DNA of 64,000 bases from Eledone cirrhosa (taxonomy: Eukaryota), in assembly GCA_964016885.1 (NCBI GenBank), contig OZ024744.1:41292001-41356000 (forward strand). The letters run 5' to 3'. Below, in pieces: positions 27,058 through 41,029 of this stretch (position 1 is the stretch's first letter; the number at the start of each line of letters is the position of its first letter). A program made the translations under genes and the position numbers. The notes beneath the pieces were generated by a model. It had not been told where the DNA came from and did not search any database. It worked only from the letters and a program-made list of their open reading frames with translations.

Positions 27058-28771
27058 CTGAAAAAAAAGAAAAGAAAGAAAAATAGAAATAAATTTAGAA
27101 ATTAATTTGTGTTTAAAATAAATACTGATATTGTTCTATATTTGACCGGTATTCATTTTATCAATCTTCCCTATTTGAACCACTACATTACAAGAAATAA
27201 ATGAACAAAGAATGTAAACACTGACACAGATACATTGGGTAGAATGAGGATGATAAAACCAATGCTCATATATGATTTCTCTATCCTATATACTAGCTTT
27301 AGATGATGTGGAGATAGGTAGAATAAGGTACCACAGGTACACTAATGCATGAAGGATAAACAAGAATGGGTAGTCTGGTTAATAGCAAATCATTCTTACA
27401 CTTCATTTACAGTTAGTGTTTTCAGGCAGGTCAGGGGCAGGTCAAATATAAATTATCCAGAAACTGTAGTTTGACTATCTAGTAAGTTTAAGGAAGTTAA
27501 GGAAGGTAGGATTAATTTGGTAGTTGTGTGGGTGTTGTAGATTCATAGATGTTATGTTTCCGCCAATCTATTGGCATTTCAAAGCTTCACTACACAAAAT
27601 CTCTCCGCAGAGTTTAACTATGAAAAGGAATGGTTGCAATGCAAACAGGGGCAGCTATTAAGATATCACTATTAAAAGGAATGATGAGTTGATAGTGACA
27701 AAAGTTTACAATACATCCAGCTGTATACACATGTTAATGGGTGACAACATATTTTCAAATCACTTAATATATAATAGGGTAGCCAGGTAAATTAACATGG
27801 TAGGGCAAGGATTCAACAGTAAATCTTTCATATGGTATTTCATAGCCTTGGTATTAAAAAAACTTTGGGCTATTTCCAGTAAGGTATATATGGCTAGGCA
27901 TCAGGAATGATGGGTAAGTCTTTGGATTAGTTATATATTTTATATATATATTTTTTTTTTTTGGGGGGGGGGGATCCATTGAGGTCAATAATTGGAGTCA
28001 GTGGCATGCTTATCACAAATAGAGATGTATGGATTCTTTTATGGGTAATCATGGTACTTTTGGTCTACTTAATTTCAATATCATTATGATTTTTTGCAAT
28101 GGGGCTAAAGGCAAGTGTACAGGTATGTGTACCGTCTGACCGAATGACAAGAGTTCGTTCTTTCTTTCTGACTTTATTCCAGCCTCCTTGAAGTTTGTGT
28201 AAAGGCTGTAAGTGGTAGAATAGGGGTGTGCATGCTTGACCAAATGACCATGGTTCTTTTTTTCTTTTTTCTTTCTTTATTTATTCCTTACACTGGGAGT
28301 GAGATGATAGTATGCTTGCCATATAACAAGCTGACCTTAGTGGGAATGGACATAAGATATTCCAGTAAGTTAAATCTTTATAAAATCTCCATTAGCTTAT
28401 TTTGTATTTGCATACGTGTATCATTATCATCATCATCACCGTTTTTTGTCCATTCTTCCATGCTAGCATGGGTTAGATGGGTTGTCCTGTTGTGCCCAAT
28501 GCCAGTCAAGTGACTATGTTTACTCATACAAAACTGATTCTGGCTTGATTTCTACAGCTGGATGCCCTTCCTAACACCAACCTCATTTACATTTATGTGT
28601 ATGTGTGTGTATATATATTTGCATATGTATCTACCTATCTATATATATATATGTGTGTGTGTGTGTGTTTGTGTATGTGTGTGTGTGTGCATGTGTGCAT
28701 GCGCATTTGAGTGAGTGTATATATATATATATATATATATATTAATATTAAAATAAAAATTTGTTTAACTC

Positions 28772-28822
<51 letters not shown>

Positions 28823-29449
28823 TTTGATATATGTGCTTAATTTTATATTGCTTATGGATATTCTATTTATGTAACATTCTTCTATTTACTCATTATTTCA
28901 ATAACAGTTTGGGTATTTTCAATTTGTGTTGGCCTATGGTTTTTCTGGTACGAGCTTCCTGGCACATGACAATATGTTGTTAGATTAAATGTTTGTTAAA
29001 GCTTGTTTTGTCTTGGTGGTTCATTTTTGGGAGTTTATGTTAATAGTTAAGAAATGGCCTTTAATGCAATAGGGTTGTAGTTGCTGCAGATAATAATAGT
29101 TTTATTATACCGAAACTATGTAATATGACAGCTACAGCTTTATAACATCTGTCTCCCCCATTGGTGCAAGTCCGAGGTTGGTTTATGAAGTATAGGGATA
29201 TGGGTCAAGGGTTGGTTTAGCAGAAATTATGAATGTTGGTTAACGGTTGGTTTACAGTATTGATTGAATGTTTTGTTTACAGGTTAGGGTAATCAATGGT
29301 TTTTATTTGCATACATATATTTATGCTGATCTGCTACATAGTTTCTGTCAACTGATATTTAACGATGCCATTGGTCAACTTGAGGCTATAGTAGAAGAGA
29401 TTTGCCTAAGGTGCCATGCAGTGGGACTGAACCGAAAACCATATAATCT

Positions 29450-30500
29450 CTTCTTCTTCTTCTTCTTCTTCTTCTTCTTCTTTTTCTTTTTCTTTTTCTT
29501 CTTCCTCTTCTTCTTCTTCTTCCTGAGAGGGTCGTGGGAGCAGAATCCTCAGACACTCCTTCCAACAGGTCCTGTCAGAAGCAACTAGATCCCCAACTGT
29601 GTCCAGCCAATCTCATGGATGTTATCCAACCATCTTACTCGTGGTCTACCCCTGGGCCTCCTGCTGGTTGGTTTTGCCTGTAAAATCTGTCCAGCAATTC
29701 TTTCCTGAAACATTCTAAACACATGTTCGTAATACTGGAGCTGTGATCTCTCAATTTGGATAAGTAACAGCTCTACCCGGAATGACTCTCTGATCTTTGA
29801 GCTATACACTTTATCAAGTAACAATACTCCAAAGATCCTTTGGAGGAACCTTTTGGCCACTTGTAGTTGTAAAGCAAAATCCTGATATCCAAAAGACTGA
29901 TATCCTTTCACTTATATATGTTCTTGTGCAGCCTCCCAAAGGTGAACCACCTTTGGCAACTTTGTTACTGATATTTGTATATTTGTTCACTATTTATGAA
30001 ATAGTGCTTCCCTGATATGAGAAGCTATCGACTGTTTGTAACTTCTGCCCCTTTATTGTGATATGCAGTTTATGGTAGAGCTTTTCAGGTACAGGCAGGT
30101 GTATAACATTGGTTTTCTTGGTGCTGATTGTGAGCCCAATATGGTCATAGGCTTTTGAGAAGCAGTTAATTTCTTGCTACAACTTATGCTGTGTGTTGGC
30201 ATTGAAGATGCAATAATCAGAGAATAAAAGTTTCTAATGATAGTCTCTTTTATTTTTATGATAGCCTACAAATGCCTGAGGTTAAAACACCTACTGTTAG
30301 TCTTGTATCAGATATGTATGCTATCCATCCTAGCAATCACAGAAGGCATCCTGCATCATAGCAGAGAAGAGTATACTGAAAATGTAAGCTCAAGAATGTC
30401 TTTTTGCTTTACACTGTTCTTCACTGCAAAGGCTTCTGACTCATCACCATTATACCAATGTTTATTAATTCTTCCCCAAAATTGTATTAAAAGCATTTTA
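29450..30500 (-). mobile_element. Degenerate RTE (BovB-like) LINE fragment(s) with (GAA)n tail
   Basis: ORF 29585-29911 IERSQLQYY.HV.RM..RPRGRPRVRWLD; upstream broken frames GLTISTKKTNV and FSILFSAMM. Confidence 0.6.
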
Positions 30501-31032
30501 AGGCAAATTTCTCTGCTAAAAAAAGTGTTAGTCTCAGAGGTTCCATGTCAAACTTATCTATTTTTTCCTGTCATTTGCATTCTTTCTCAACAATATCCTG
30601 GTTTCCATTTCTTTCTCCATCATTTTTAATCATATCTTTTCTTGGTCTTTCCCATTTTCTACTTTCTTTCACATTCATTTCCATCACTGCTCTCATCCAG
30701 TCACTTTCATTCTGTCTCAATACATGATTCAACCAGCAAAAATATTAATAATATAAACAAATAAAAAAAATATACCTCAGTACTGAAATAAGACCTCATC
30801 CACTCTAACCCCCCCCAAAAATCAATATTACAATTGAAATGGTAAAATTACATCTTTATAATCAGAATAACAGCTTTCTGAAAAAGCAAACTACTTGAAG
30901 CCAATGGGTGTATTATGTTGTCTCAGGAATAGCAGAACAAAAATCAATCAACAAATAAAATATAATACAAAAATCTTCATTCTTTGCTCCTGGGGAGCCA
31001 AAAGTAATCTACCCAGCCCTACCCAACCACAA

Positions 31033-31103
31033 AGAAGAAGAAGAAGAAGAAGAAGAAGAAGAAGAAGAAGAAGAAGAAGAAGAAGAAGAAGAAGAAGAAG
31101 AAG

Positions 31104-31133
<30 letters not shown>
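31033..31133. repeat. (GAA)n microsatellite
   Basis: Pure trinucleotide array. Confidence 0.95.
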
Positions 31134-31134
<1 letters not shown>

Positions 31135-31819
31135 TTATATAATTTAAAACATTTTTCTTCCTTTAGTGATAAACTAACAGTTTACTTGACAGTAGCATTG
31201 GGGGGAAAGCATCTGTCAACACAACAATTTGTAAAGCTATTTTTTCAATGACAGAGTTATTATTTGTTCATACTGTTATATCCATGGGCATTACAGTTCT
31301 TCTAAATTTTCTTTTAACATTATCATAATTCTTTGTAAAACAGCTTTTATTCATATAACAGTAAATGGAAGGCCTTTAGGTATATGTATTTCTATATGGT
31401 TGTCAATTACTATGATTTGTCTATGTGAATATAACTAAACTGTTTCAAATTTTGCAACTCAAATTTGAATCTGATTTAAAAGTTGTTATACTTCTTAGTT
31501 TCTATCGCATTATATGCTTGAATATAAATCAATCTGAATATAAGCTGACCATGTATTTGATGTCCGAGAAATAGACAAAATATAAGTTGAAGCAAGTAAT
31601 TAACACATTATGTTTAGATGGTGCACTTTTGAAATTCTCGTGAGTGGAGAATATATTTATTAAGTTTCAATATTTAAAAAGGTTTGAGGTGTCATTTAGA
31701 GTATTGTTTGTTTCACACTTGTATTACATAATGACTTTTTTACCTATTTCTGACTGTTTTGAAGGCCATATTCATTCAAATCATATAAAAAAACTATAGG
31801 AAATGTGAATTTCAAGTTG

Positions 31820-31973
31820 AAAGTGAAACCAGTGTAATATTCACCTCCAAAGTGAAACTGGTGTACTATTCACCTCCAAAGTGAAACCAGTGTAACATTC
31901 ACCTCTAAAGTGAAACTGGTGTAATATTCACCTCTAAAGTGAAACTGGTGTAACATTCACCGCCAAAGTGAAA
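31820..31973. repeat. 29-bp minisatellite, ~5.3 copies
   Basis: Unit aaagtgaaac(ca/tg)gtgtaa(t/c)attcacct(c/t)c, head-to-tail with no spacers. Confidence 0.92.
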
Positions 31974-32440
31974 ATATTTTACCACCTCATTTATGCAAAA
32001 TTTTGAAGTTGGTGAAAATTGGCAAAATATTGGTCATAAAGGTATTGGTCAATTCAAAGATATAATAGAAGTTATTTGTCCAAGGTATTGCTCCAAGAAA
32101 TGACACCTACAACCACATTACAAAGCAGACTGCACCTATATACGTTTGACATCACCATCATCATCATCTTTTACCATCCATTTTTCCATTTAGTCATAGT
32201 TTAGATGGGTTATCACAGATCAAGTCAGTTATTAATCATAGCTACTGTCCTAAATGGTCCAGTAGCCGACATTTCACTTACATTCCAATCACTTTACAGA
32301 GTGTATTGAGTGCATTTTATCATGGTACCAGCACTAGGACTATAAGTCGATAATTACTGTATATACACATATAAGATAAGAAATGTGTCAAAAAACTTGA
32401 TGTCAAAATGGTGGTTATGATGATAATATTTATTACTTAC

Positions 32441-32605
32441 GTTGTGTTCATAGGGGAAGTCAAAAACATCTCAACATGTCCACGGTATGAAGCTTTCAGA
32501 GTAATAACAGCTTGAACATGCTCCAAGAAATTGATTTCACTTCCAGTTCCTTTACAGGCATCAGTATCAATGGTCAACTGAAGATGTTCTCCGGTACGGA
32601 ACTCC
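32441..32605 (-). CDS. PCSK2: Prohormone convertase 2 P-domain exon (not in ORF track)
   Basis: (W)EFRTGEHLQLTIDTDACKGTGSEINFLEHVQAVITLKASYRGHVEMFLTSPMNT(T), with the P-domain LEHVQ and LTSP motifs. TAG/GTAAGT boundaries; 165 nt. Confidence 0.95.
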
Positions 32606-33254
32606 CTAGAAATAGAAAGAAATGTTTTCTGAGTTGTTATTGATATGATAACATAAAGATGTAAAAAAGAAAATATCTGAATTCATACAAAATCAAAACC
32701 CAGGACTATTAAATTTCTATTATAGAGGAGCCACTTATGAAAGCTTTGAATTTTGTAAACCTGTTTGCAAAAATCATGGAAGATGAACTGGAAATAATAT
32801 TAATTGCAAGGAAAACAATTCATCATGATGAAGCCTACTGGCTTAAAACATCTATACATGTTCATGCAATGTTAATATAGAAGCCTATGATTCAGCAATG
32901 GAACTATTCTTGTTATTACACTTGTAAAAGAAATCACACCAGGTTCATTGGAGTCTTTATCTTATTGATGAGCAATTAATTACCAATTACTAAACTAAGG
33001 AAAGGTCTACATTTATCATTCAAGATTAATAATGGTTTCTGATTTAGGCAAAAGGTCAACAATTTGGAAATGAAATTTGATTAAATTGACCTCAGTGCAT
33101 AACTGGTATTTTATTTTATGGATCCTGTAAGGATGAAAGGCAAAGCTAACCTTGGTGGTATTTGAACTCAGAACATAAAGGCCCATAAAGCATGATATCT
33201 GATGTTCTACCGATACTGCCAATCTATCATCCAAATTCAAAGTTAATGATAAAA

Positions 33255-34330
33255 ATGGACCATAATATTACAGGTACAAATTCCATAGACATAACATTGA
33301 ATCTGAATAATTCTTTAAATAATGCTACTACCTTTACAACCAGCCTAATCAAACTCTTAATTCTATCCATCTTCTTTCTAACTGTCTAATTTCCCAAAAT
33401 ACCTCTCTTAAACTGCCAAATGTAGCCACTGATAATCAAATATTCACAGCAGACTATAATAATGCTCTTTCTAAAAATGGTTGCAACTAAAAATGTTTTT
33501 TATTGAGGAAAACAATAGCAAAAATAGAAAACATGATACAAATAAAACTAGACCAAATCTAAACAGAGGCCAATTGTCATATTACCAATCCTTCAACCCA
33601 TTCTTTTTCACTACTTGTTTGCAAGGCAAAGTTTAAATTCTTTCTTTAAAAAAATGGTCCTTATCTCAAAATATCATGAAATTTAAGATAAAATGTTTTT
33701 ACTTTACTCTATTCTAGTTTTCAATTTTGTATTCCAATTTGCATTACACTGGATTTCCCAAAACATTTATAATACATATTTCACAATGCTTTATACAAAC
33801 TTTACTGATTTATAATACAAATGATATAACACCCAAAAGTCTTAACTAAACATTTGAACCTGCTCCACAAATTTAACAAAATCTTCTATAAAAATACAGT
33901 AAAACGATCACCCCTAACTGAAAACGTTACACACACACACAATTTCTTTTTCTATCATATACAAACTTAATAAACTTACTAAAAACGTTAGTAACCAGAA
34001 CTGTTAATGCAATATTACTAACAACTACTAATGAATCCATAGCACCTTAGAAAGGACTCTATAAATAAATAAATAAAAAAAACATCCTAAATTCTTCAAA
34101 TACCTAACATGTTCAAATGTTGATATACTCTACATATGGATACCTTTCATCATTCATCATTCTTATGACAATTATGAAACATTAATATACACTTACTCTT
34201 GAAATGAAAAATCATCTCAAATTCATTGAGCTAATGGAAGAAACAATGTAATTTGTGCACAGCTATGGCTTATGAAGATATAATTACCAAGAAACTATTT
34301 GAAAATAAATATTTGTAAAGAGTTATAAAA
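33255..34330 (+). mobile_element. Highly degenerate Penelope-like element remnant
   Basis: Scattered fragments: IDITLNLNN..YLYNQPN..IH..SN, YNNALSKNG, HKFNKIFYKNTVK and KQCNLC, resembling PLE RT-thumb/GIY-YIG motifs. Many stops and frameshifts. Confidence 0.5.
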
Positions 34331-34529
34331 TATACAAAACTTTTAAACACTACACACCTTTTATACTTTTTAATAGATAAGACCACTTGAATTTAAAAAA
34401 AAATATTTATATATTCTTATTTTATATTTATAGATTTTGATTGTTTTACATTTTCTATTCTTTACAAACACTTTATATATACTGTAACTTCTTTCAACAA
34501 CATTTTAAATGCTTTTAACTTCTTAAAAA

Positions 34530-34715
34530 TAATTGTTTCTACTTTAGGCACAAGGCCAGCAATTACCCATTGCATTACTGGTACTTTATTTTATCAACCC
34601 CGTAAGGATGAAAGGCAAAGTCAACCTCGGCGGGATTTGAACTCAGATCGTAAAGGGACGTAACTATGCTGGAAAGCATGGCATCCGACCCTCTACCGAT
34701 ACTGCTAATCCACCT
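34530..34715 (-). mobile_element. SINE, same family
   Basis: Matches 9443-9627. Confidence 0.85.
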
Positions 34716-34965
34716 TATTAAAAATAATCACACTTGAACAGTACTCTGTCAATACAATCTATTATATTAACTCCATTCTTTTACTGGTTTCAGCCAGGCT
34801 GGAGCACAACCTTGAAAGATTTTTAGTAGATAATGGTACATTTAAAAAAAAATCAAGTTCTTATTTTATTACATGCCAACACAAGTGCAAGAATGAGGGG
34901 CTCATTCTACTGAGAGGGCTTAAAAGTGGTTGTTAGCATGATTGCAAACGAATCGAATATTATTG

Positions 34966-35162
34966 GAATGGCAGTATCGGTAGAGGGTTTGATTCCATGC
35001 TTTGCAGCAAAGTGTTACGGCCCTTTATGATTTAAGTTCAAATCCCGTCGAGGTTAACTTTGCCTTTCATCGTTACGGGGTGGATAAAATAAAGTACCAG
35101 TAATACACAGTACCACTGGAATAATTGCTGGCCTTGTGCCAAAAGTAGAAACAATTATTATT
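34966..35162 (+). mobile_element. SINE, same family (head-to-head with the 34530 copy)
   Basis: Matches 22185-22372; directly abuts the RTE fragment. Confidence 0.82.
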
Positions 35163-35165
35163 AAT

Positions 35166-36080
35166 CTCTGGGAGGGCTCTGTAGAAACAGTAGACAGCTT
35201 CTGCTACCTAGGTGACCGAATTAGCAGCAGAGGTGAGTGTTCAGAAAGTAGAATAACTAGGGTAAGAACAGGATGGAAGAAGTTCAGGGAACTACTGCCA
35301 CTGCTAGCTGCAAAAGGCTGCTCCCTCAAAATGAAAGGCAGACTGTATGATGCGTGTATCCGAACAGCAATGTTACATGGTAGTGAGACCTGGGCACTGA
35401 AGGTGGAAGACTTACGTAGATTAGAAAGAAACAAAGCCTGCATGCTCCGATGGATGTGTAATAGTAATATACGTGAACGGCAAAGCATAAATGAATTGAG
35501 AGAGAGACTGAGCATAAGAGGAATCAAATGCTGTGTGCAGGAGGGGCGGTTGCATTGGTATGGACATGTGATGTGTATGAAGCATGACAGCTGCATAAAA
35601 AGATGCAGAGCACTAGAAGTCGATGGAAACCGCGGAGTGGGGAGACCCAAGATGACCTGGTATGAGGTGATAAAAGCTGACCTTACCCAATTACACATCT
35701 CAAAGGAAATGACACATGACCGTGACCTCTGGCGTCATGCAGTAATACAGAGTATCCAACCTGCCATGGGTACAAGCTGAAGCATATAGACAATATGCCC
35801 CCACACCCCACTGCAAGGTGGTCGTGGAGGTGCCACGGCAAAAAAGCACCCAGCCCACACTGTAAAGTAGACGTGTAGGCGCCACGAAAAAGCACCCAGC
35901 ACTCACTGTAAATGAGGTTGGTGTTAGGAAGTGCATCCAGCTGTAGAAATCAAGCCAAATCAGTTCCTGTATCAGCAAGGCATGGTCAGCCGACCAGACA
36001 CTGCCTACAACAGGACAACCCGTCTAACCCATGCTAGCATGGAAAAACGGACGTAAAACGGTGATGATGATGATGATGAT
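35166..36080 (+). mobile_element. RTE LINE 3' fragment (young, intronic, antisense to PC2)
   Basis: ORF 35136-35780 is near-identical to the 12991-13650 protein; full 3' UTR and (GAT)n tail. Confidence 0.9.
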
Positions 36081-38799
36081 TCGAAAAACTCAGATTACAC
36101 TGATTTTATTGATTTCATTTTTGTGAATTTCTAAGTTACAGGACACACACACATGTGTGTTTGTACAACAGGCATCGACACAGTTGCTGTCTACTAAATT
36201 TCACTGAAAATGATTCAAATTGATTAAATTTTAAAACTCTTTAGTAATCCATATTTTAACAAGTTCGTGCCAAATTATTACATTGGAATATCCACAATCA
36301 TAAACATTTTTGAAATTTAGATTTAATTTTTAACATTTAAATTTTTACATTTTAATTAATTTTATCTTGATAACATTAAATTTCTAAATTATCTTTTGGT
36401 TAAAAAAATATTACAACGCAGCAAAATATGCATTGATCATAATCAGTTTAAACAAAGTCCATATTCAAATAGTCATTCAGAGATTACAATGTAGCCTAAA
36501 TTAATTATAATCCATTAAAAATAAATCAACATTCAAAATACATTGTAAAAACAATTACAGAGAATGAACCACATTGTATGTTATAAAAACGCAACTCTAC
36601 TTTAAAACAAATTATTCAAAACAAACACCACGAATCCAAGTGTAAATTCTCCAGTTGGATGCCCTTCTAATCACTAACCACCTTACAGGATAATAAAAAT
36701 GCTTAATGATTATTAAAAAAAAGAGAAATACTGGAAATAAAGTACTCTGAATGGTAAACACAACACTTTTCCTCTGGCATATGAAATGGGTTAGCCAATG
36801 TACACTTTTTAAAATCATTTTAAAGTATCTGAAACATTAACTTTGTAGCTATCAAAATACCATTTAAATGTGGAGAAGTATGCACACTTTTTTATGCAGC
36901 TTCTATTGAACTAATTATTTTTTCACCTTTTTCTTTTTAGGTATATAGTGACCCCTTCAAATCATCAGACTAATAAGGGAGAAATATATCAGTAAAGGCT
37001 GAAAGTTTGTTAAATTGAATATAAGCTAGAGATAATTTTTTTTATTGTTTTTAATGTAAAAAGTTTTAATGCAATGTACATGAGTGCAAAATATAAGGTA
37101 TTCAATTATAATTTAAAAAAACCCTGAATTTTTACTTCACTTTTGACAAGTACATTTCTATGACTGTACTGGTATTGTATTGTATTATCATTATCATTAT
37201 TTGATCCAATTGATCAAATATAAAAGATTTTCATGATACGTGTATTACAGAGTGCACTGTGCTAGAGTGCTGAAGCTACTAATAATGGTATAACTATTAC
37301 TCGAAAATAATCATACAAATTTTGTTTCTGAATGTGTATTATTAGATTTGGAAACAAATTACAGTCAGATTATATCATAATACTCATGGATCATAATGAG
37401 AAAGTAATATTTCTTTCTTATAATGAGTTCCCTTAAAGCTCTAAGATATTGATAGTATTACTGAATATCAGTTTCTGCTGACATGTCAATGTATGAAATG
37501 ATTCTATCAAGGGATTCTTATATAACAGAGAGTTAAAGTTTCTTACACAATAGTTCATTGTCTTCAACATTTGCCTTCTTTCTGCAGTCATCAATGAGAA
37601 TTTCATTTGCTATTTCTTCTGTTAACACTTACTATCCAAAGTCACTCTCTGTTTCTAGCCAGATTCCTATGTTGTCCCCTGCCATATTTCATGAAAACCA
37701 ATATTCAAAACAATATTCCCCCCCACAAGCATTAACTAGAATGGTAGTCTTCAGTGCCTTCCATGAAGCTGTTGAATTAAATACTGGAGACTTGAGGATG
37801 AAGTTTTTGATATTATTGAGAGCTCTTTGTCCTTAAAACCATCATCTTCTATCAACAGAAGAACTGCATCTAAATATCTTCATTGATATAAATTCTTTAA
37901 GGCTACAATTATACTTTGACCCATTGACTGGATCATGAAGGTAACATTGAGTTGCATGAACACGTACCTTATTTTAGTATCATTACTTACTAACAACAGA
38001 GTTCAAAATTAGTAACACCTTCAGCAGAAATAAAATACACATAACAGCTACTTGTGAAATGAATGCATGTTGAACTGTGATTTCTTTCAATGGTAATAAT
38101 ACACTAGTAACTGGTGGATTATGTCTTTCAAAATTCGCAAACATGATGACTTCCCTAATATTGCTAACATTAAGAGATATATACTATAGGTGTTTGCAAA
38201 ACACAATGTCAACAAATGTTCCTTAATTAACTTAGACCAGACATAGAGGTTTCATTCTTAAAGGCTTGGGTAGGGCAAGTTAGAGACCACCAATGCACCC
38301 TGTTTCATTTTCCTTATGAACTTATTAAATTTTATTAATTTAACCCCTTCCTGAAGGATCTCATTTCTTTGATTGATGCACTGCCTGTTTCACCACGAGT
38401 AAGTTTATTACCCTTCCGATGGCAGTTACTAAATCACCAAAACCACCTGTCACTTGTTTGAAAATCTTGATGCCGATATTTCTAACTTAGCTATGCATCA
38501 CTATCAATTTGAATATCTACTCCTCAGATATTTTTCAGTACACAATCATCGATGGATAAACCAATGTCATTACATTCACAAGATATCTACAATTTGAAAC
38601 TCTCATACAAGGATTGGCTGAAAAGTTCATAGGATGACCAAGGTACTCTCATGGAACCAAATAAGGTTCATTTTTTTAACATAGTCCCTAGAAGGAAACA
38701 ATGCAGTTATTAATAGAAGAGTTGAAATTATGCATGTAAGATTTCACAGCAATAGCATCACTCCTTCATTGTCATCCTATGAACTTTTCAATATGTATG

Positions 38800-39248
38800 A
38801 CCAACCAACCAGCCAACCAACCAACCAGAGAGCCAACCAACCAACCAACCAACCAGACAGCCAACCAACCAACCAGCCAACCAACCAACCAACCATCCAA
38901 CCAACCAACCAACCAACCAACCAGACAGCCAACAAACCAACCAACCAGGCAGCCAACCGACAAACCAGACAGCCAACCAACCAACCAACCAGCCAACCAA
39001 CCAACCAGACAGCCAACCAACCAACCAACCAACCAGACAGCCAACCAACCAACCAGCCAACCAACAAACCAGACAGCCAAACAACCAACCAACCAGCCAA
39101 CCAACCAACCAACCAGCCAACCAACAAACCAGACAGCCAACCAACCAACCAGACAGCCAACCAACCAACCAACCAACCAGCCAACCAACCAACCAGACAG
39201 CCAACCAACCAACAAACAATCCAAACATCTAACCAACCAACCAGCCAG
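38800..39248. repeat. (CCAA)n compound microsatellite with CCAGACAG interruptions
   Basis: Directly visible; source of the QPTN/VGWL pseudo-ORFs. Confidence 0.95.
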
Positions 39249-39316
39249 ATAGAAATCCTTTTATAAGGCCATTAGATTTCAGTTGATAGGTACATGCATA
39301 ATGAAAGAAGACTTAC

Positions 39317-39550
39317 CATTTTCCTGTCACATTGCCAGCATCACAATGTAATCTCTCTGGCAGTGGTTTCCAAGACTGGGCCATATCAACAATGTCGCTC
39401 GCATCAAGGACACCATATCCAAATAAATGGTTAAACTGAAGTCCGGCTCCATTTGCAGTCCAATGATGATGAGAAGAAGCATCATATAATTGACGGCGTT
39501 TTGAAGTCAGGACTGATAAATGTTGCATGTCACGCCATGTCAAATCGTAG
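39317..39550 (-). CDS. PCSK2: Prohormone convertase 2 exon, end of catalytic domain
   Basis: (N)YDLTWRDMQHLSVLTSKRRQLYDASSHHHWTANGAGLQFNHLFGYGVLDASDIVDMAQSWKPLPERLHCDAGNVTGK(W), with LTWRDMQHL and FNHLFGYG motifs. TAG/GTAAG boundaries; 234 nt; phase matches both neighbours. Confidence 0.97.
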
Positions 39551-41029
39551 CTATTAAGTAAAAAAAATAAAGCATTCATATATATATGTATATGTGTGTG
39601 TGTGTTTCAATGCATGTGTGTTTGTAAGCATATCAAATCTATTTGTATGCACACAATACAATCCTTCATTCCTCTCTGGTATTAAAGACTCAAGCATCAT
39701 CAAAACATCTGACACCATACTTGCACTGCCTCCATGAAATATTCTCAAGTGTCTTCATCACAAGCACAAAGACACAATCATTACATATAACAAGAAAACA
39801 TTGTTGTATTCCTCTAAACATGAATGATACATAACCAAAGCCCTCAAAGTAGCAACAATTTCTTGGCCTAACCATTTCTGCAATCGCACACCCATCTTCA
39901 ACTTAATAAAGATTGGTTTCCATCTTTTCAGGATAAGAAAATACTTCAGTTCCCAACAACTACTAACTCACTAAAAAGTTTTCATGAAACCCTCAGTAGA
40001 ATACTGCCCCAATATGTGGGATGGTGCTGATGTTACATGAAAGACATCATAAACTACCTGCACAATAAAAGGCCACTCAACTCTTGTTCTCTACGTTCAT
40101 ATCCCACTGTAGCCTATTTGGGTGGTAGATTTAATTCTACACCTGGCTTAACACCACTATCTGGCCCTTAGATGCTTTCAATGAAATCCACTCTATTGCA
40201 TGTATTTGGATCAAGTTTTCTCTTTGAAATTATTGTCTTTCTTCTAATCAGTCTCAGAAGCTTTAAAAAAGGATTGTGAGTATTCCCTGACTAAACAGTA
40301 AATTCAAGAGGAATATTGGAAGGCTTACTATATCCATAGATACAGACTCTTCCTCCAGACCAAACCAGTAGTACACTGATCAAAGAGTGTAGGAATAAAA
40401 GTCATCATTATTGTTTTTCCTCAGGTGAGCTCTGACCAAACAAACCATTGGTCAAAGGCATTCTAGTCATGAACATCCCATCTTGCTTTATGTATTCTGT
40501 ATTTAGGACTCATATTTTGCAATGTGTCTTTTCTTTTTAAAATGATAAGGTTTGATTTGAGGGAGATTTTACTGTTATTTCAGTCAAGTCAAGTGACCAA
40601 TGTAAATACTCCTCCACTAACTTGCAGCAACATTCAAACGGTAGAGAACTTGTCCAAAGGAATTTAATAACAACTCTCTATGTTCTGAGTTCAAATACTG
40701 CTAGGATCAAATTTGTCTGTTATCTTGCCAGTGAGATTAATAAAATAAATACCAGTTGACTACTGGATTTATATAATTGAATATGTTCTAGCCCAAAATT
40801 CATTACCTTATAGAAATTAATATGCTATGAGAGGAGGGAGGATATTTATTTATGCTTCATAAACTGGAAAAGGAGAGGAAAGAAATAGGTAGGTATGCAT
40901 AATGAGACTGAATGGAGAAAAGAGAGAGAAAGGAAAATGGAGAAAGAGTGGGAGAAAATGAGAGAAGGAAGTGGAAATAGGTGTGGGATGATAAATAAAA
41001 CGTAAATCAGTTTAATTGAATTTACTCAC

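Noticed and set aside
27400-29300. Possible additional very old PLE remnants on the minus strand
   Set aside because: Only faint motif fragments; insufficient to annotate.
30895-31251. Poly-Arg ORF
   Set aside because: Translation of the (GAA)n microsatellite.
31820-31973. CRISPR-like 29-bp partially palindromic repeats
   Set aside because: Head-to-tail with no unique spacers, eukaryotic intron, no cas genes.
37450-38560. Coding-like minus-strand stretch, possibly an old transposase
   Set aside because: Multiple stops and no motif I can assign; needs tblastx/HMM search.
38730-39266. QPTN/VGWL repeat ORFs in several frames
   Set aside because: Produced by the (CCAA)n microsatellite inside a PC2 intron.
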